Positions 39,952 through 50,066 of a DNA stretch of 64,000 bases are shown here, piece after piece (positions within the stretch are counted from its first letter, which is position 1; every line of letters starts with the position of its first letter). Under the pieces are notes generated by a model. It made no database searches, was not told where the DNA came from, and saw only the letters and a list, made by a program, of their open reading frames with translations. Both the position numbers and the translations under genes were made by a program. Source of the stretch: Myxococcales bacterium (GTDB taxonomy: Bacteria > Myxococcota_A > Polyangia > Polyangiales > DASUME01); assembly GCA_047601445.1 (NCBI GenBank), contig JASGJH010000001.1, positions 9,120,001-9,184,000 of the forward strand, read 5' to 3'.

Positions 39952-42900
39952 GTGTTCGATCGACGGGGCAATCACGTGCTCAAAGTATTTCCAGCGCTCA
40001 AACCCGGTGTTGTTAGCGTCCATACGGGCGCGCTCCTTCCCGCGCTCCTCAGCGCCTTGGTCGTCTGTTCCGCTGTCGGCTGTTCCGGCGACGGCGGAAA
40101 GGGTGGCGGCGACTCGATGGATGGGGGCGGTGACGGCGACTGGTCCTACGACGGATCGCTCGACGGCGACGGGGGCCGCGATGATGACGACGACGATGAC
40201 GACGACGGTTTCCTCGATCGCGTCGACAACTGTCCGACCAAGGCCAACCCCAGCCAGAAGGACACCGACCGCGACGGAGTCGGCGACCAGTGCGACAACT
40301 GTCCGGCCGACGCCAACTCGGCCCAGGAGGACAGCGACGGCGACACCATCGGGGATGTTTGTGAAAACCCGCTGTTCACCTTCAATGGGGACAACGACGG
40401 CGACGGCATCCTGAACTCGCTGGACCTGTGCCCGTTCAAGGCGGATCCGAGCAACGTGGACAGCGACGGCGATCACGTGGGCGACGCCTGCGACAACTGC
40501 CCCGCCACCGCGAACACGCTGCAGGAAGACGGCGACAAGGACGGCATTGGCGATGCGTGCCCGGGCGGTGAGGCGTTGCCCATGGACACCGACGGCGACC
40601 AGCTGCCCGACGCGAACGACAACTGCCCGGGTGTGGCCAACCCCGGACAGGAAGACGAAGACCACGATGGTCGCGGCGACGTCTGCGACAACTGTGTTCA
40701 CGTGGCGAACTACCAGCAGCGCGACACCGACGGCGACAACATCGGCGATTTCTGTGAGCAGGTGTTCGTGGACCCCAACGGCGATGACGACGGGGACATG
40801 GTGAAGAACAGCGCCGACAACTGTCCCGGCACGTCCAACCAGAACCAGGCCGACGCCGACAAGGACAAGGTGGGTGATGCCTGCGACAACTGCCCGAGCG
40901 TCGCCAACGCCGATCAGGCGCCCGGGCCCCAGGGCACAACGTATGGCGAGGCCTGCGCACCCGTAACGCCGGGTGGCGACAGCGACGGCGATGGAGTGCT
41001 CGACTCCGACGATAACTGCGACACCGTGGCCAACGGCGCCGCGCAAGCGGGCACCGCCGGCGTGGGCAACCAGACCGACACCGACAAGGACTCGGTGGGC
41101 GACGCCTGCGACAACTGCCCCACCATCGCGAACCTCGGCCAGGCCGACGCGGACAGCGATCACATCGGCGATGCGTGCGAGAAGCTCGCCACGGACTCCG
41201 ACGGCGACGGCATCCCGGACTACCTCGACAAATGCCCCAAGAACGGCACCAGCACGAGCGAGGCCGACAAGGACCAAGATGGAGTGCCGGACCTCTGCGA
41301 CAACTGCATCGATCAAGCCAACAAGGCCCAGAAGGACTCCAACAACGACGGCCAGGGCGACGTCTGCGACTCCGACGCATTCCCGCAGGGCACGGCCTGC
41401 TCCAGCGGTAAGACCGCGGCCAAGCTGATCCCGCCGAACCTCTACTTCTTGATCGACGCCTCGCTCTCCATGCAGGAAGGCGCCTGCGCGTACAGTCAGA
41501 CCTGCGCGTGCGCCGCCGGCGAAGACGAGGACGACGACTGCTACGACATCCATCGCGAGAACTACGACAACAACCCCGCCAACGACGTCACGCCCCAGTT
41601 CGTCCCGTCGCGCGAGCGCGCCTGGGAACGGGCGCTCACCACGCTGGCGCCGCAGCTCGCCAACGGCTCCTACAACCTGGGCGTCGCCAACTTCACCGCG
41701 GGCTATTTCTCCGACGCCAATACCTGCAACGCCCTGCCCACGCAGACCATGGCGATGCAAGTTCCGGCCGCCAACTTCGCCACGACCTTCACCACCGCGG
41801 CGAATTTCACGCCCACCAGCTACACGCCCACCGCGGCGGCCCTGTCTGGTGTGCTCAACCCCAACCACGACAACAGCAACGCCGACGCGCGCTTCCTGCT
41901 GCCGAACGACACCGAGCCCACGCGCAACAAGGCCGTCATCATGGTGACGGACGGTCTGCCCACGACCTGTCCCAACGACGGATCCGCGGACTGGAACGAG
42001 TCGGGCATCACCAGCGTGTACGAGATGAACGAGGCGCTCAAGGCAGCGCGGGCCCTCGCACTCTCCGATGCCAACAAGCGCGTGCGTCTGTACGTGCTCG
42101 GCTTCGCCATCAACGAGAATCAGCGCCTGGGGATGCTCGCGAACGCCGGCGATCCCGACTACTCGGGCCCCTACTTGCTGTGCGGCGCGGGCGTGACCAC
42201 CAACTGCTACTGCAACGCCACGTCTTCACCGGCGGGCTGCACCAACTGGGTCGAGCCTGCAACCAAGAAGTGGTACGAGGTCGGCAACACCGCGTCGATC
42301 GTGTCGGCGGTACAGGCCATCGCCACCAAGAGCCTCGGCTGCGACATCACCCTGGCCAACACGGGCACCGTCGACAACCAGACGCTCCACCTCAACTTGG
42401 TCAACGGCAACACCCGCACGCCGATCCCGTCGAACCAGTACACCCGCTCGGGTGCCTGCGCGACGCCGGCCGGCGCCGGGGCCTGCAAGGTCACGCTGGA
42501 TGCGGCGACCTCCTGCCAGGCCTATCACACGGCCGTCACCGGCAACGCGAATGCCTACGTGGAAGCGGAGATCGCCTGCGCGTGCATCCCGGCGGCAGCC
42601 GAGAACTGCAACGACAACATCGACAACGACTGCGACTCCTTGATCAACGAGGGGTGCTTCCCGCCCGTGACCTGCGCCGCCAACAGCAGCGATCCGAACT
42701 GCCCGAACCCGAACTGCAACCCCCAGGGGCTGGAGATCTGCAACGGCAAGGACGACGACTGCGACGGTCTGGTCGACGAAGGGTGTCCGCCGCCGTCCTG
42801 CACCAATCCGGCCATGGAGCTGTGCGGTGACGAGAAGGACAACGACTGCGACGGCAAGGTCGACGAGGACTGCCCGCCGATGTGCATCTCGCACCCCGAG

Positions 42901-43128
42901 ATCTGCAACGGCGCCGACGATGACTGCGACGGCCTCACCGACGAGGGCTGCGGCGACATCGGTTGCATCCCCTACACCGAGATCTGCAACGGCATCAGCG
43001 ACGACTGCGACGAGGAGGTCGACGAGTACTGCCTCAACTGCGCGAACCCGGAGAACGAGATCTGCGACGGCCGCGACAACGACTGCGACGGCATGATCGA
43101 CGAGGGCTGCGACGTTATCCTGCAGTAG
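39952..43128 (+). CDS. Lipoprotein with thrombospondin type-3 repeats, a vWA domain and C-terminal EICNGxDDDCDG repeats; start uncertain
   Basis: Lipobox AVGC; many DNCP..N..Q.D.D.DG.GDACD units; LIDASLSM, VTDG; about six EICNG.DDDCDG..DEG-type units. Confidence 0.9.
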   Translation: MFDRRGNHVLKVFPALKPGVVSVHTGALLPALLSALVVCSAVGCSGDGGKGGGDSMDGGGDGDWSYDGSLDGDGGRDDDDDDDDDGFLDRVDNCPTKANPSQKDTDRDGVGDQCDNCPADANSAQEDSDGDTIGDVCENPLFTFNGDNDGDGILNSLDLCPFKADPSNVDSDGDHVGDACDNCPATANTLQEDGDKDGIGDACPGGEALPMDTDGDQLPDANDNCPGVANPGQEDEDHDGRGDVCDNCVHVANYQQRDTDGDNIGDFCEQVFVDPNGDDDGDMVKNSADNCPGTSNQNQADADKDKVGDACDNCPSVANADQAPGPQGTTYGEACAPVTPGGDSDGDGVLDSDDNCDTVANGAAQAGTAGVGNQTDTDKDSVGDACDNCPTIANLGQADADSDHIGDACEKLATDSDGDGIPDYLDKCPKNGTSTSEADKDQDGVPDLCDNCIDQANKAQKDSNNDGQGDVCDSDAFPQGTACSSGKTAAKLIPPNLYFLIDASLSMQEGACAYSQTCACAAGEDEDDDCYDIHRENYDNNPANDVTPQFVPSRERAWERALTTLAPQLANGSYNLGVANFTAGYFSDANTCNALPTQTMAMQVPAANFATTFTTAANFTPTSYTPTAAALSGVLNPNHDNSNADARFLLPNDTEPTRNKAVIMVTDGLPTTCPNDGSADWNESGITSVYEMNEALKAARALALSDANKRVRLYVLGFAINENQRLGMLANAGDPDYSGPYLLCGAGVTTNCYCNATSSPAGCTNWVEPATKKWYEVGNTASIVSAVQAIATKSLGCDITLANTGTVDNQTLHLNLVNGNTRTPIPSNQYTRSGACATPAGAGACKVTLDAATSCQAYHTAVTGNANAYVEAEIACACIPAAAENCNDNIDNDCDSLINEGCFPPVTCAANSSDPNCPNPNCNPQGLEICNGKDDDCDGLVDEGCPPPSCTNPAMELCGDEKDNDCDGKVDEDCPPMCISHPEICNGADDDCDGLTDEGCGDIGCIPYTEICNGISDDCDEEVDEYCLNCANPENEICDGRDNDCDGMIDEGCDVILQ

Positions 43129-43960
43129 CCTTGAGCGCGTGGGTTAGGCGACTGGCCTCACCCGCGGCGCGCTCCTTCCATGTGCCCTGCGCCGCATCCT
43201 CGCGGGCAGGGCACAGTTCGTTGAGCGGGCACTCGCGGCAGTAGGGGCGCTTGGCGAGGCACGTGTAGCGTCCGTGCAGCAGCACGCGGTGGGACATGTC
43301 CACCCAGTGCGCTTCCGGGAACCCCTGGCACAGGTCGGCCTCGATCTTCACCGGATCCGTGTGTTCCGTCAGGCCCAAGCGGCCCGCGACCCGGGTCACG
43401 TGGGTGTCCACCACGAAGCCCGAGGCGATGCCGTAGCCGGTGCCGAGGACCACGTTGGCGGTCTTGCGGGCCACGCCGGGTAGCTCCACCAACTCCTCGA
43501 TGGTCTTCGGGACCTTGCCGCCGTGATCGCTCATGATCTTGGCTGCCGCGCCGCGGATGGACTTGGCCTTGTTGCGGAAGAAGCCGGTGCGCTTCACCAC
43601 TTCCTCCACCTCTTCTTGGCCTGCCTCTGCGAGGGCCTTGGGGGTGGGCCAGCGCTTGAACAGCACGGGCGTCACGCTGTTCACGGTGCGGTCGGTGCTC
43701 TGCGCGCTCAGGATGGTCGCGATTAGCAGCTCGAACGGATTCTTGTGCTCGAGTTCGCACACCGCGTCTGGGACCGCCTGTTCGAGGCGCTCGCGTACAT
43801 CCTCGAAGGAGGCAGCCTGTGGGCTCGCCTTGCCGGCGTGTGCGGGCTTCTTGGACGCTGACTTCGAGGCTCTCGCTGGAGCCGCCTTCTCGGTCTTCTT
43901 GGGGGCCTGCTTTGCGGCCTTCTCGGGGGCCGCCTTCGCGGCCTTCTTGCGTGCTGCCAT
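43115..43960 (-). CDS. nth: Endonuclease III with Ala/Lys-rich N-terminal tail
   Basis: LLIATILSAQSTD, LPGVARKTANVVL, VDTHV, C-x6-C-x2-C-x5-C 4Fe-4S motif. Confidence 0.95.
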   Translation of the reverse strand: MAARKKAAKAAPEKAAKQAPKKTEKAAPARASKSASKKPAHAGKASPQAASFEDVRERLEQAVPDAVCELEHKNPFELLIATILSAQSTDRTVNSVTPVLFKRWPTPKALAEAGQEEVEEVVKRTGFFRNKAKSIRGAAAKIMSDHGGKVPKTIEELVELPGVARKTANVVLGTGYGIASGFVVDTHVTRVAGRLGLTEHTDPVKIEADLCQGFPEAHWVDMSHRVLLHGRYTCLAKRPYCRECPLNELCPAREDAAQGTWKERAAGEASRLTHALKATAG

Positions 43961-44037
43961 GGGCCCAAGTGTAGTCGCGGACCTTGGGCGTGGGGTGGCT
44001 GGGGTTTGGGCCCGAGAGCGACTATGCTCGGCAGGCT

Positions 44038-44910
44038 TTGATCGTCACCCTGCTCGACGGAACCTACGAACTCTTCCGCGCCTTCTACGGCGCTCCCGCG
44101 GCGCTCGCCCCGGACGGTCGTGAGGTCGGCGCCACGCGCGGACTCTTGCGCTCCTTCGCAGGCCTGCTGTCGGAGCCGGATACCACGCACGTGGCCGCGG
44201 CCTTCGACACCGTGATCGAGTCCTTTCGGAACCAGCTCTTCGACGGCTACAAGACCGGTGCAGGCATCGACCCCGCACTGTGGGCCCAGTTTCCGCTGGC
44301 GGAACGCGCGACGCGGGCCCTCGGCATCGTGACCTGGTCGATGATCGACTTCGAGGCTGACGACGCCCTGGCGACCGGGGCACGGCGCTACGCCGCGGAC
44401 GAACGAGTGCAGCAGGTGCGCATCGCGTCGCCCGACAAGGACCTGTGTCAGTGCGTCAGCGGTCAGCGCGTGGTGCTGCTCGATCGCCGCAAGCAGGCGA
44501 TCACCGACGAGCCCGGAGTGTCCGTGCGGCTCGGTGTACCCCCGGCCAGCGTGCCCGGTTTTTTGGCGCTGGTGGGTGACACCGCGGACGGCATCCCTGG
44601 CGTGCCGCGCTGGGGCGAAAAGAGCGCAGCCAAGGTGCTCTCCCACTATGGCCTGGTGGAAAACATCCCGGACCAGGCCAGTGCCTGGGCGGTCACCGTG
44701 CGCGGTGCGGACGCGCTCGCACGCGAGCTCGCGAGTCATCGCGCCGAGGTGGTGCTCTACGAGAAACTCGCGACGTTGCGCTTCGATGTTCCCCTGGAGG
44801 AAGACCTCGACGCGCTGCGCTGGCGCGGGCCCACGCCGGACCTCGCGGTGTTCTGCGAGGAGCTGGGCATGCCGGACCTTACCCCGCGCCTGTCGGGAAT
44901 TAACCCTTGA
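44038..44910 (+). CDS. Stand-alone 5'-3' exonuclease/flap endonuclease (Pol I N-terminal-like)
   Basis: LLDGTYELFRAF, FEADD, SPDKDLCQ, LVGDTADGIPGVPRWGEKSA. Confidence 0.9.
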   Translation: MIVTLLDGTYELFRAFYGAPAALAPDGREVGATRGLLRSFAGLLSEPDTTHVAAAFDTVIESFRNQLFDGYKTGAGIDPALWAQFPLAERATRALGIVTWSMIDFEADDALATGARRYAADERVQQVRIASPDKDLCQCVSGQRVVLLDRRKQAITDEPGVSVRLGVPPASVPGFLALVGDTADGIPGVPRWGEKSAAKVLSHYGLVENIPDQASAWAVTVRGADALARELASHRAEVVLYEKLATLRFDVPLEEDLDALRWRGPTPDLAVFCEELGMPDLTPRLSGINP

Positions 44911-44950
44911 GACACACGCGGGAAACGCCTCGCGCGCAGGCTGCAGCCTA

Positions 44951-45532
44951 ATGCTGGCTTTGTTGAGTGGTCTCTTGGCGGGCTCGCTGCACACGCTCAG
45001 CGGTCCAGACCACCTGGCTGCCGTGCTGCCGCTGGCCGCCCATGCGCCGGCCCGCGCCCGCTTGTTTGGTACCTTTTGGGGACTGGGGCACGGCGGGGGC
45101 ATGCTGTTTTGGCTGCTCGTCGGGTTGAGCTGTCGCAGCGCTGCGCCGCTCGCGCGGGTCTCGCACTGGGCCGAGCTTTTGGTGGGGTTCTCGCTCGTTC
45201 TGGTGGGGCTGTGGACCCTGCGCTCGCGCACGCGGGAGCGCCCAGGGCACCACCACAGCGAGCGCGCAGCCCTGGGACTCGGTGCGCTGCACGGCACGGC
45301 CGGTGCGGGGCATCTGTTTGCCGCGCTGCCGTTGCTCGGTCTGAGTGTTCCAGACGGAGTCTTCTACTGCCTGGGCTTCGTGATCTCGGGTGTGGTCTCG
45401 ATGGCTGGAGCAGGTCTCTTCATGGGGCGCGTCGCGGGCCGTCCGAGCTTCACGGCCCACGCGCGTCCAGTATGCGCGCTCATTACGTTTGTCGTTGGTT
45501 GCGCCTGGATTGCAGACGCGCTCTCGGTCTGA
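44951..45532 (+). CDS. UreH/HoxN-like nickel permease
   Basis: LHTLSGPDHLAA, WGLGH, GALHGTAG; hydrophobic; upstream of the urease locus. Confidence 0.75.
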   Translation: MLALLSGLLAGSLHTLSGPDHLAAVLPLAAHAPARARLFGTFWGLGHGGGMLFWLLVGLSCRSAAPLARVSHWAELLVGFSLVLVGLWTLRSRTRERPGHHHSERAALGLGALHGTAGAGHLFAALPLLGLSVPDGVFYCLGFVISGVVSMAGAGLFMGRVAGRPSFTAHARPVCALITFVVGCAWIADALSV

Positions 45533-45843
45533 GATCTTTCGAGCCCGAAACACGCCGGACCATCGCCGAGCAGTATTCGCCCACTTTGCTCGGGTTAGGC
45601 GCGGGGACGCGTCGCCTTTTGCGCAGCAAATAGAGCGTCAAAGCGACTCACAAAATGTTGCTCCGGTCGCGTTTTAACTACGACGACAACGGCTCGAAAT
45701 AGAAGGGGGGCACGTTCGCATACGTGAACCGCCAGCGTGCGAAATGATCGCACTCCGCGATTTGCTCGCGCGAAACGGCGCGTGCGTCGACGGCACGAGA
45801 CTCGTGCGCTCGATGTCCAGGGTGCTTCCTCGGAGGAGAAGAT

Positions 45844-47205
45844 ATGCAGAAATGGCTCGGAAGAACGTTGATCGCGACCGCGTGTTTGGCGGCCTCTGCC
45901 TGCGGTAAGACCGAGGCACCCGCATCGACCGGCGAGCCCGCGGCTCCCACGGCCGCAGCGCCCGCCGAGCCAGCGAAGGCCGAAACGGGTCCGATCAAGG
46001 TGGGCATTCTTCACTCCCTGTCCGGCACCATGGCGATCAGCGAGACGTCGCTGAAGGACGTGGCGCTCATGACCATCGACGAGATCAACGAGAAGGGCGG
46101 CCTGCTCGGCCGCAAGCTCGAGGCCGTGGTGGTCGACCCCGCCTCCGACTGGCCGCTGTTTGCCGAGAAGGCCAAGGAACTCATCTCGCGCGAGAAGGTC
46201 GCAGCGGTGTTCGGTTGCTGGACCAGCGTGTCACGCAAGTCCGTGCTCCCGGTGTTCGAGGAGCTCAACGGCCTGCTGTTTTACCCGGTGCAGTACGAAG
46301 GTGAAGAGTCCTCCTGGAACGTGTTCTACACGGGCGCCGCACCCAATCAGCAGGCCATCCCCGCCGTGGAATACCTGATGGATCCCAAGAACGGGGGCGC
46401 CAAGCGCTTCGTGCTGCTGGGCACCGACTACGTGTATCCGCGCACCACCAACAAGATCCTCCAGTACTTCCTCAAGTCCAAGGGCATCGCCGAAGCCGAC
46501 ATCATGGAGAAGTACACGCCCTTCGGTCATAGCGACTACCAGACCATCGTGGCGGACATCAAGCGCTTCGCCCAGGGCAAGCCCACGGCGGTGATCTCCA
46601 CCATCAACGGCGACTCCAACGTGCCCTTCTACAAGGAGCTCGGCAATCAGGGGCTCAAGGCCGAGGACATCCCCGTGGTGGCCTTCTCCGTGGGTGAGGA
46701 AGAGCTGCGCGGCATCGACACCACGCCGCTCGTCGGCCACCTGGCGGCCTGGAACTACTTCGAGAGCATCGAGTCTCCCGAGAACAAGGCCTTCGTGGAG
46801 AAGTGGATGGCCTACGTGAAGAAGAACAACCTGCCGGGCGGCGACAAGCGCGTCACCAACGACCCGATGGAAGCCACCTACACCGGCATCAACATCTGGG
46901 CCCAGGCCGTGAAGCAGGCGGGCACCACCGAGATCGACGCGGTGCGCCAGGCCATCGGCTACCAGACCTTCAAGGCTCCCTCGGGCTTCGTCGAGCAGAT
47001 GGACGCCAAGAACCACCACCTTCACAAGCCGGTCTACATCGGCGAGATCAAGGCCGACGGCCAGTTCCAGATCGTCTGGAAGACCGAAGGACCTATCCGT
47101 GCCCAGGCCTGGAGCCCCTTCATCCCGGACAGCGCCAAGAAGGTGGCTGACTGGACCTATCCGTGGGCTTGCGGCAACTGCGAGACCGCCAAGTTCGTGA
47201 ACTGA
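45844..47205 (+). CDS. urtA: Urea ABC transporter substrate-binding lipoprotein
   Basis: Lipobox ASAC; KVGILHSLSGTMAISE, GCWTSVSRKSVLP, YPVQYEGEE, NHHLHK. Confidence 0.95.
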   Translation: MQKWLGRTLIATACLAASACGKTEAPASTGEPAAPTAAAPAEPAKAETGPIKVGILHSLSGTMAISETSLKDVALMTIDEINEKGGLLGRKLEAVVVDPASDWPLFAEKAKELISREKVAAVFGCWTSVSRKSVLPVFEELNGLLFYPVQYEGEESSWNVFYTGAAPNQQAIPAVEYLMDPKNGGAKRFVLLGTDYVYPRTTNKILQYFLKSKGIAEADIMEKYTPFGHSDYQTIVADIKRFAQGKPTAVISTINGDSNVPFYKELGNQGLKAEDIPVVAFSVGEEELRGIDTTPLVGHLAAWNYFESIESPENKAFVEKWMAYVKKNNLPGGDKRVTNDPMEATYTGINIWAQAVKQAGTTEIDAVRQAIGYQTFKAPSGFVEQMDAKNHHLHKPVYIGEIKADGQFQIVWKTEGPIRAQAWSPFIPDSAKKVADWTYPWACGNCETAKFVN

Positions 47206-47292
47206 GTCGTCGATACTCCCGTGCGCGCGCCGGAGCGCGAGTTCCGAGCGCGCGCGATGTCTTCGAGATGGCTGCTTCAGAAGGGACGCCGC

Positions 47293-48906
47293 ATGCGCTT
47301 TTCTCTCGTCCTCGTCTTCGCTCTCACGGCCCTGGTGATCGCCTGGCCCGAGCGAGTACACGCCGATGCATTCGCCGATGCGGTAGGCAAGTTGGGTTCC
47401 GAAGACGTCGAGCAGATCCGCGCCGGCATCGCGGGTGTGGCCGAGACGGACGATCCGCGGGCACTGCCGCTTCTCACGGCATTGCGCGAGGGCAAGCTGC
47501 GCGTGGAAGCAACCACCTCGAAGCTGTTTTGGGAGAAGGGCGGGGCCTTCAAGGGCGTGCTCGATGATGCGCCGGGGTCCGCCGCCGGAGGCCGCACCAT
47601 CGTGGTGAACAACGCGATCCGGCGTGCCCTGAGCGCCGCGCTCGCGCGACTGGAGCTCACGGCCAAGGATGTGAAAATCCGCAAGGCAGCCGCCGAGTCG
47701 CTGGCGACGTCGCCCAGCAGCGAGCTCTTGCCCGTCTTGCGCAAGGCTTACCAGGTCGAGAACGATCCCGGCATCAAGCGTACGTTGGGCCTGGCGCTGG
47801 CGCAGGTGGACCTCGACTCGAGCGATCCCGCCGCACGCTTGAGCGCGGTGCGAATCCTGGGAGACACCGGCGAGCTCTCGTTCAAGCCGAAGCTCGAGCG
47901 TCTGGTGGAGAAGAACGACAAGGGCGAGTATCTGGAGCAGGACGCCAAGGTGCGGGGTGCGGCCGAGAAGGTGCTCGCCAGTCTGTGGTGGACCGAGACC
48001 ATGACGCGCCTGGTGGGGGACTTGATGTACGGTCTCAGCCTCGGCAGCGTCCTCCTGCTGGCAGCGCTCGGGCTCGCGATCACGTTCGGGCTGATGGGCG
48101 TGATCAACATGGCCCACGGCGAAATGCTGATGCTCGGGGCCTACGTGACCTATGTCGTGCACGTCGCCTTTCAGCGCTACGCGCCCGCGTACTTCGACTG
48201 GTACGTCGCCGCCGCGCTGCCCACGTCTTTCGTGATCTGCGCCATCGTCGGCATGGGCATCGAGCGCGGCGTGCTGCGCTTCCTCTATGGACGTCCCCTC
48301 GAGACCCTGCTCGCGACCTGGGGGGTGAGCCTGGCCTTGATCCAGACGGTGCGCCTGATCTTCGGCGCGCAAAACGTGGCGGTGGCAGCGCCCTCGTGGC
48401 TGTCAGGCGGCTACGATCTCATGCAGGGGATCGTGCTGCCCTACAACCGCATGGCCATCGTGGTGTTCGGCGGCCTGGTGCTGCTCTTCGTGTGGATCGT
48501 GCTCACGCGCACGCGGCTCGGTTTGGACGTGCGCGCGGTGACCCAGAATCGCGGCATGGCGGCCTGCATGGGCATCCGCACCGCCCGCGTCGACATGTGG
48601 ACCTTCGGCATCGGCTCTGGCGTGGCCGGCTTGGGGGGCGTGGCGCTCTCGCAGATCGGCAACGTGGGGCCGGAGCTCGGTCAAGGCTACATCGTGGACT
48701 CCTTCATGGTCGTGGTGCTCGGCGGCGTCGGCAAACTGGCTGGCACCGTGGCGGGTTCCTTCGGCCTCGGCATCGTGAACAAACTACTCGAGCCCATCTC
48801 GGGCGCGGTGCTCGGTAAGATCATCGTGCTCGCCTTGATCATCCTGTTCATTCAGAAGCGACCGCAGGGCATCTTCGCCCTCAAGGGACGCATGGTGGAG
48901 GGCTAG
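47293..48906 (+). CDS. urtB: Urea ABC transporter permease
   Basis: GLAITFGLMGVINMAHGE, RPLETLLATWG, IQKRPQGIF. Confidence 0.95.
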   Translation: MRFSLVLVFALTALVIAWPERVHADAFADAVGKLGSEDVEQIRAGIAGVAETDDPRALPLLTALREGKLRVEATTSKLFWEKGGAFKGVLDDAPGSAAGGRTIVVNNAIRRALSAALARLELTAKDVKIRKAAAESLATSPSSELLPVLRKAYQVENDPGIKRTLGLALAQVDLDSSDPAARLSAVRILGDTGELSFKPKLERLVEKNDKGEYLEQDAKVRGAAEKVLASLWWTETMTRLVGDLMYGLSLGSVLLLAALGLAITFGLMGVINMAHGEMLMLGAYVTYVVHVAFQRYAPAYFDWYVAAALPTSFVICAIVGMGIERGVLRFLYGRPLETLLATWGVSLALIQTVRLIFGAQNVAVAAPSWLSGGYDLMQGIVLPYNRMAIVVFGGLVLLFVWIVLTRTRLGLDVRAVTQNRGMAACMGIRTARVDMWTFGIGSGVAGLGGVALSQIGNVGPELGQGYIVDSFMVVVLGGVGKLAGTVAGSFGLGIVNKLLEPISGAVLGKIIVLALIILFIQKRPQGIFALKGRMVEG

Positions 48907-48909
48907 ACC

Positions 48910-50064
48910 GTGCTGCCCAATGAGCTGACGAGTTTGCACACCAAGCGAGGCTGGATCGTGACCGCGGCGTTGTTCGCGTTGTTCGCGCTGATCGTACCCG
49001 CGCTGCACGTGTATTTGCCCCAGGACTCCGCCCTCCACGTGCCTGGCTACCTGGTGCAGCTGCTGGGGAAGTTCGCTTGTTACGCCGTGTTGGCGCTGGC
49101 GCTCGACTTGATCTGGGGGTTCACCGGCATCTTGAGCCTCGGACAGGGCGTGTTCTTCGCGCTCGGGGGCTACGCGATGGGCATGTACCTCATGCGCTCC
49201 ATCGGCAAGGAGGGCGTGTACCGCAGCGAGCTGCCCGACTTCATGGTCTTCCTCGACTGGAAGGAGCTGCCCTGGTACTGGCAGGGCTTCCAGAGCTTCC
49301 CGTTCGCCATGCTGATGACGCTGCTCGTGCCGGGCGCGTTGGCCTGGGTGTTCGGGTTCTTCGCGTTCCGCTCGCGCATCCGCGGCGTGTACTTCTCGAT
49401 CATCACGCAGGCGATGACCTTCGCGCTGATGCTGCTCTTCTTCCGCAACGAGACCGGCTTCGGCGGCAACAACGGCATGACGGACTTCAAGCGTATCCTC
49501 GGCTACTCGCTGCAGGAGACCAGCACCAAGGTCACGCTCTACGTGCTCACCATGCTGATGTTGTTCGGCGCCTACTTCGCCTGTCGCTTCCTGGTGCGCA
49601 GCAAGGCCGGCCGCGTGCTCACGGCCATCCGCGACGCCGAGAGCAAGGTGATGTTCTGCGGCTACAACCCGCGCGACTACAAGCTGTTCGCCTGGACCTT
49701 CGCGGCCATGCTGTCGGGCCTGGCGGGGGCGCTCTACGTGCCGCAGGTGGGCATCATCAATCCGAGCGAGATGGAGCCTGCCAACTCCATCGAGATGGCC
49801 ATCTGGGTCGCCGTGGGAGGGCGCGGCACGCTGGGCGGAGCGGTGCTGGGTGCGGGCATCGTGAACGGGCTCAAGAGCTTCCTCACCGTCACCTATCCAG
49901 ACGCCTGGCTCTACGCGCTTGCCGCGCTGTTCGTGCTGGTGACGTTGCTCTTGCCCGACGGTGTGGCCGGTGTGGTCGCCAAGCTCGGAGCGCGCTTCGT
50001 GCGCCCGCAGGCGGTGCCCGCGCCGATTCGAGCCGCCGCAGAGCCCACCAAAGGAGAGGTTTGA
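48910..50064 (+). CDS. urtC: Urea ABC transporter permease
   Basis: LPDFMVFLDWKELPW, RSRIRGVYFSIITQA, NETGFGGNNG. Confidence 0.95.
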   Translation: MLPNELTSLHTKRGWIVTAALFALFALIVPALHVYLPQDSALHVPGYLVQLLGKFACYAVLALALDLIWGFTGILSLGQGVFFALGGYAMGMYLMRSIGKEGVYRSELPDFMVFLDWKELPWYWQGFQSFPFAMLMTLLVPGALAWVFGFFAFRSRIRGVYFSIITQAMTFALMLLFFRNETGFGGNNGMTDFKRILGYSLQETSTKVTLYVLTMLMLFGAYFACRFLVRSKAGRVLTAIRDAESKVMFCGYNPRDYKLFAWTFAAMLSGLAGALYVPQVGIINPSEMEPANSIEMAIWVAVGGRGTLGGAVLGAGIVNGLKSFLTVTYPDAWLYALAALFVLVTLLLPDGVAGVVAKLGARFVRPQAVPAPIRAAAEPTKGEV

Positions 50065-50066
50065 CC

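Noticed and set aside
40180..41370. Periodic DNA repeats resembling an array
   Set aside because: They encode TSP3 protein repeats; no fixed repeat-spacer structure and no cas genes
45790..45810. Sigma54 promoter for urtA (CGGCACGAGACTCGTGC)
   Set aside because: GG-to-GC spacing is 12 nt, not the required 10
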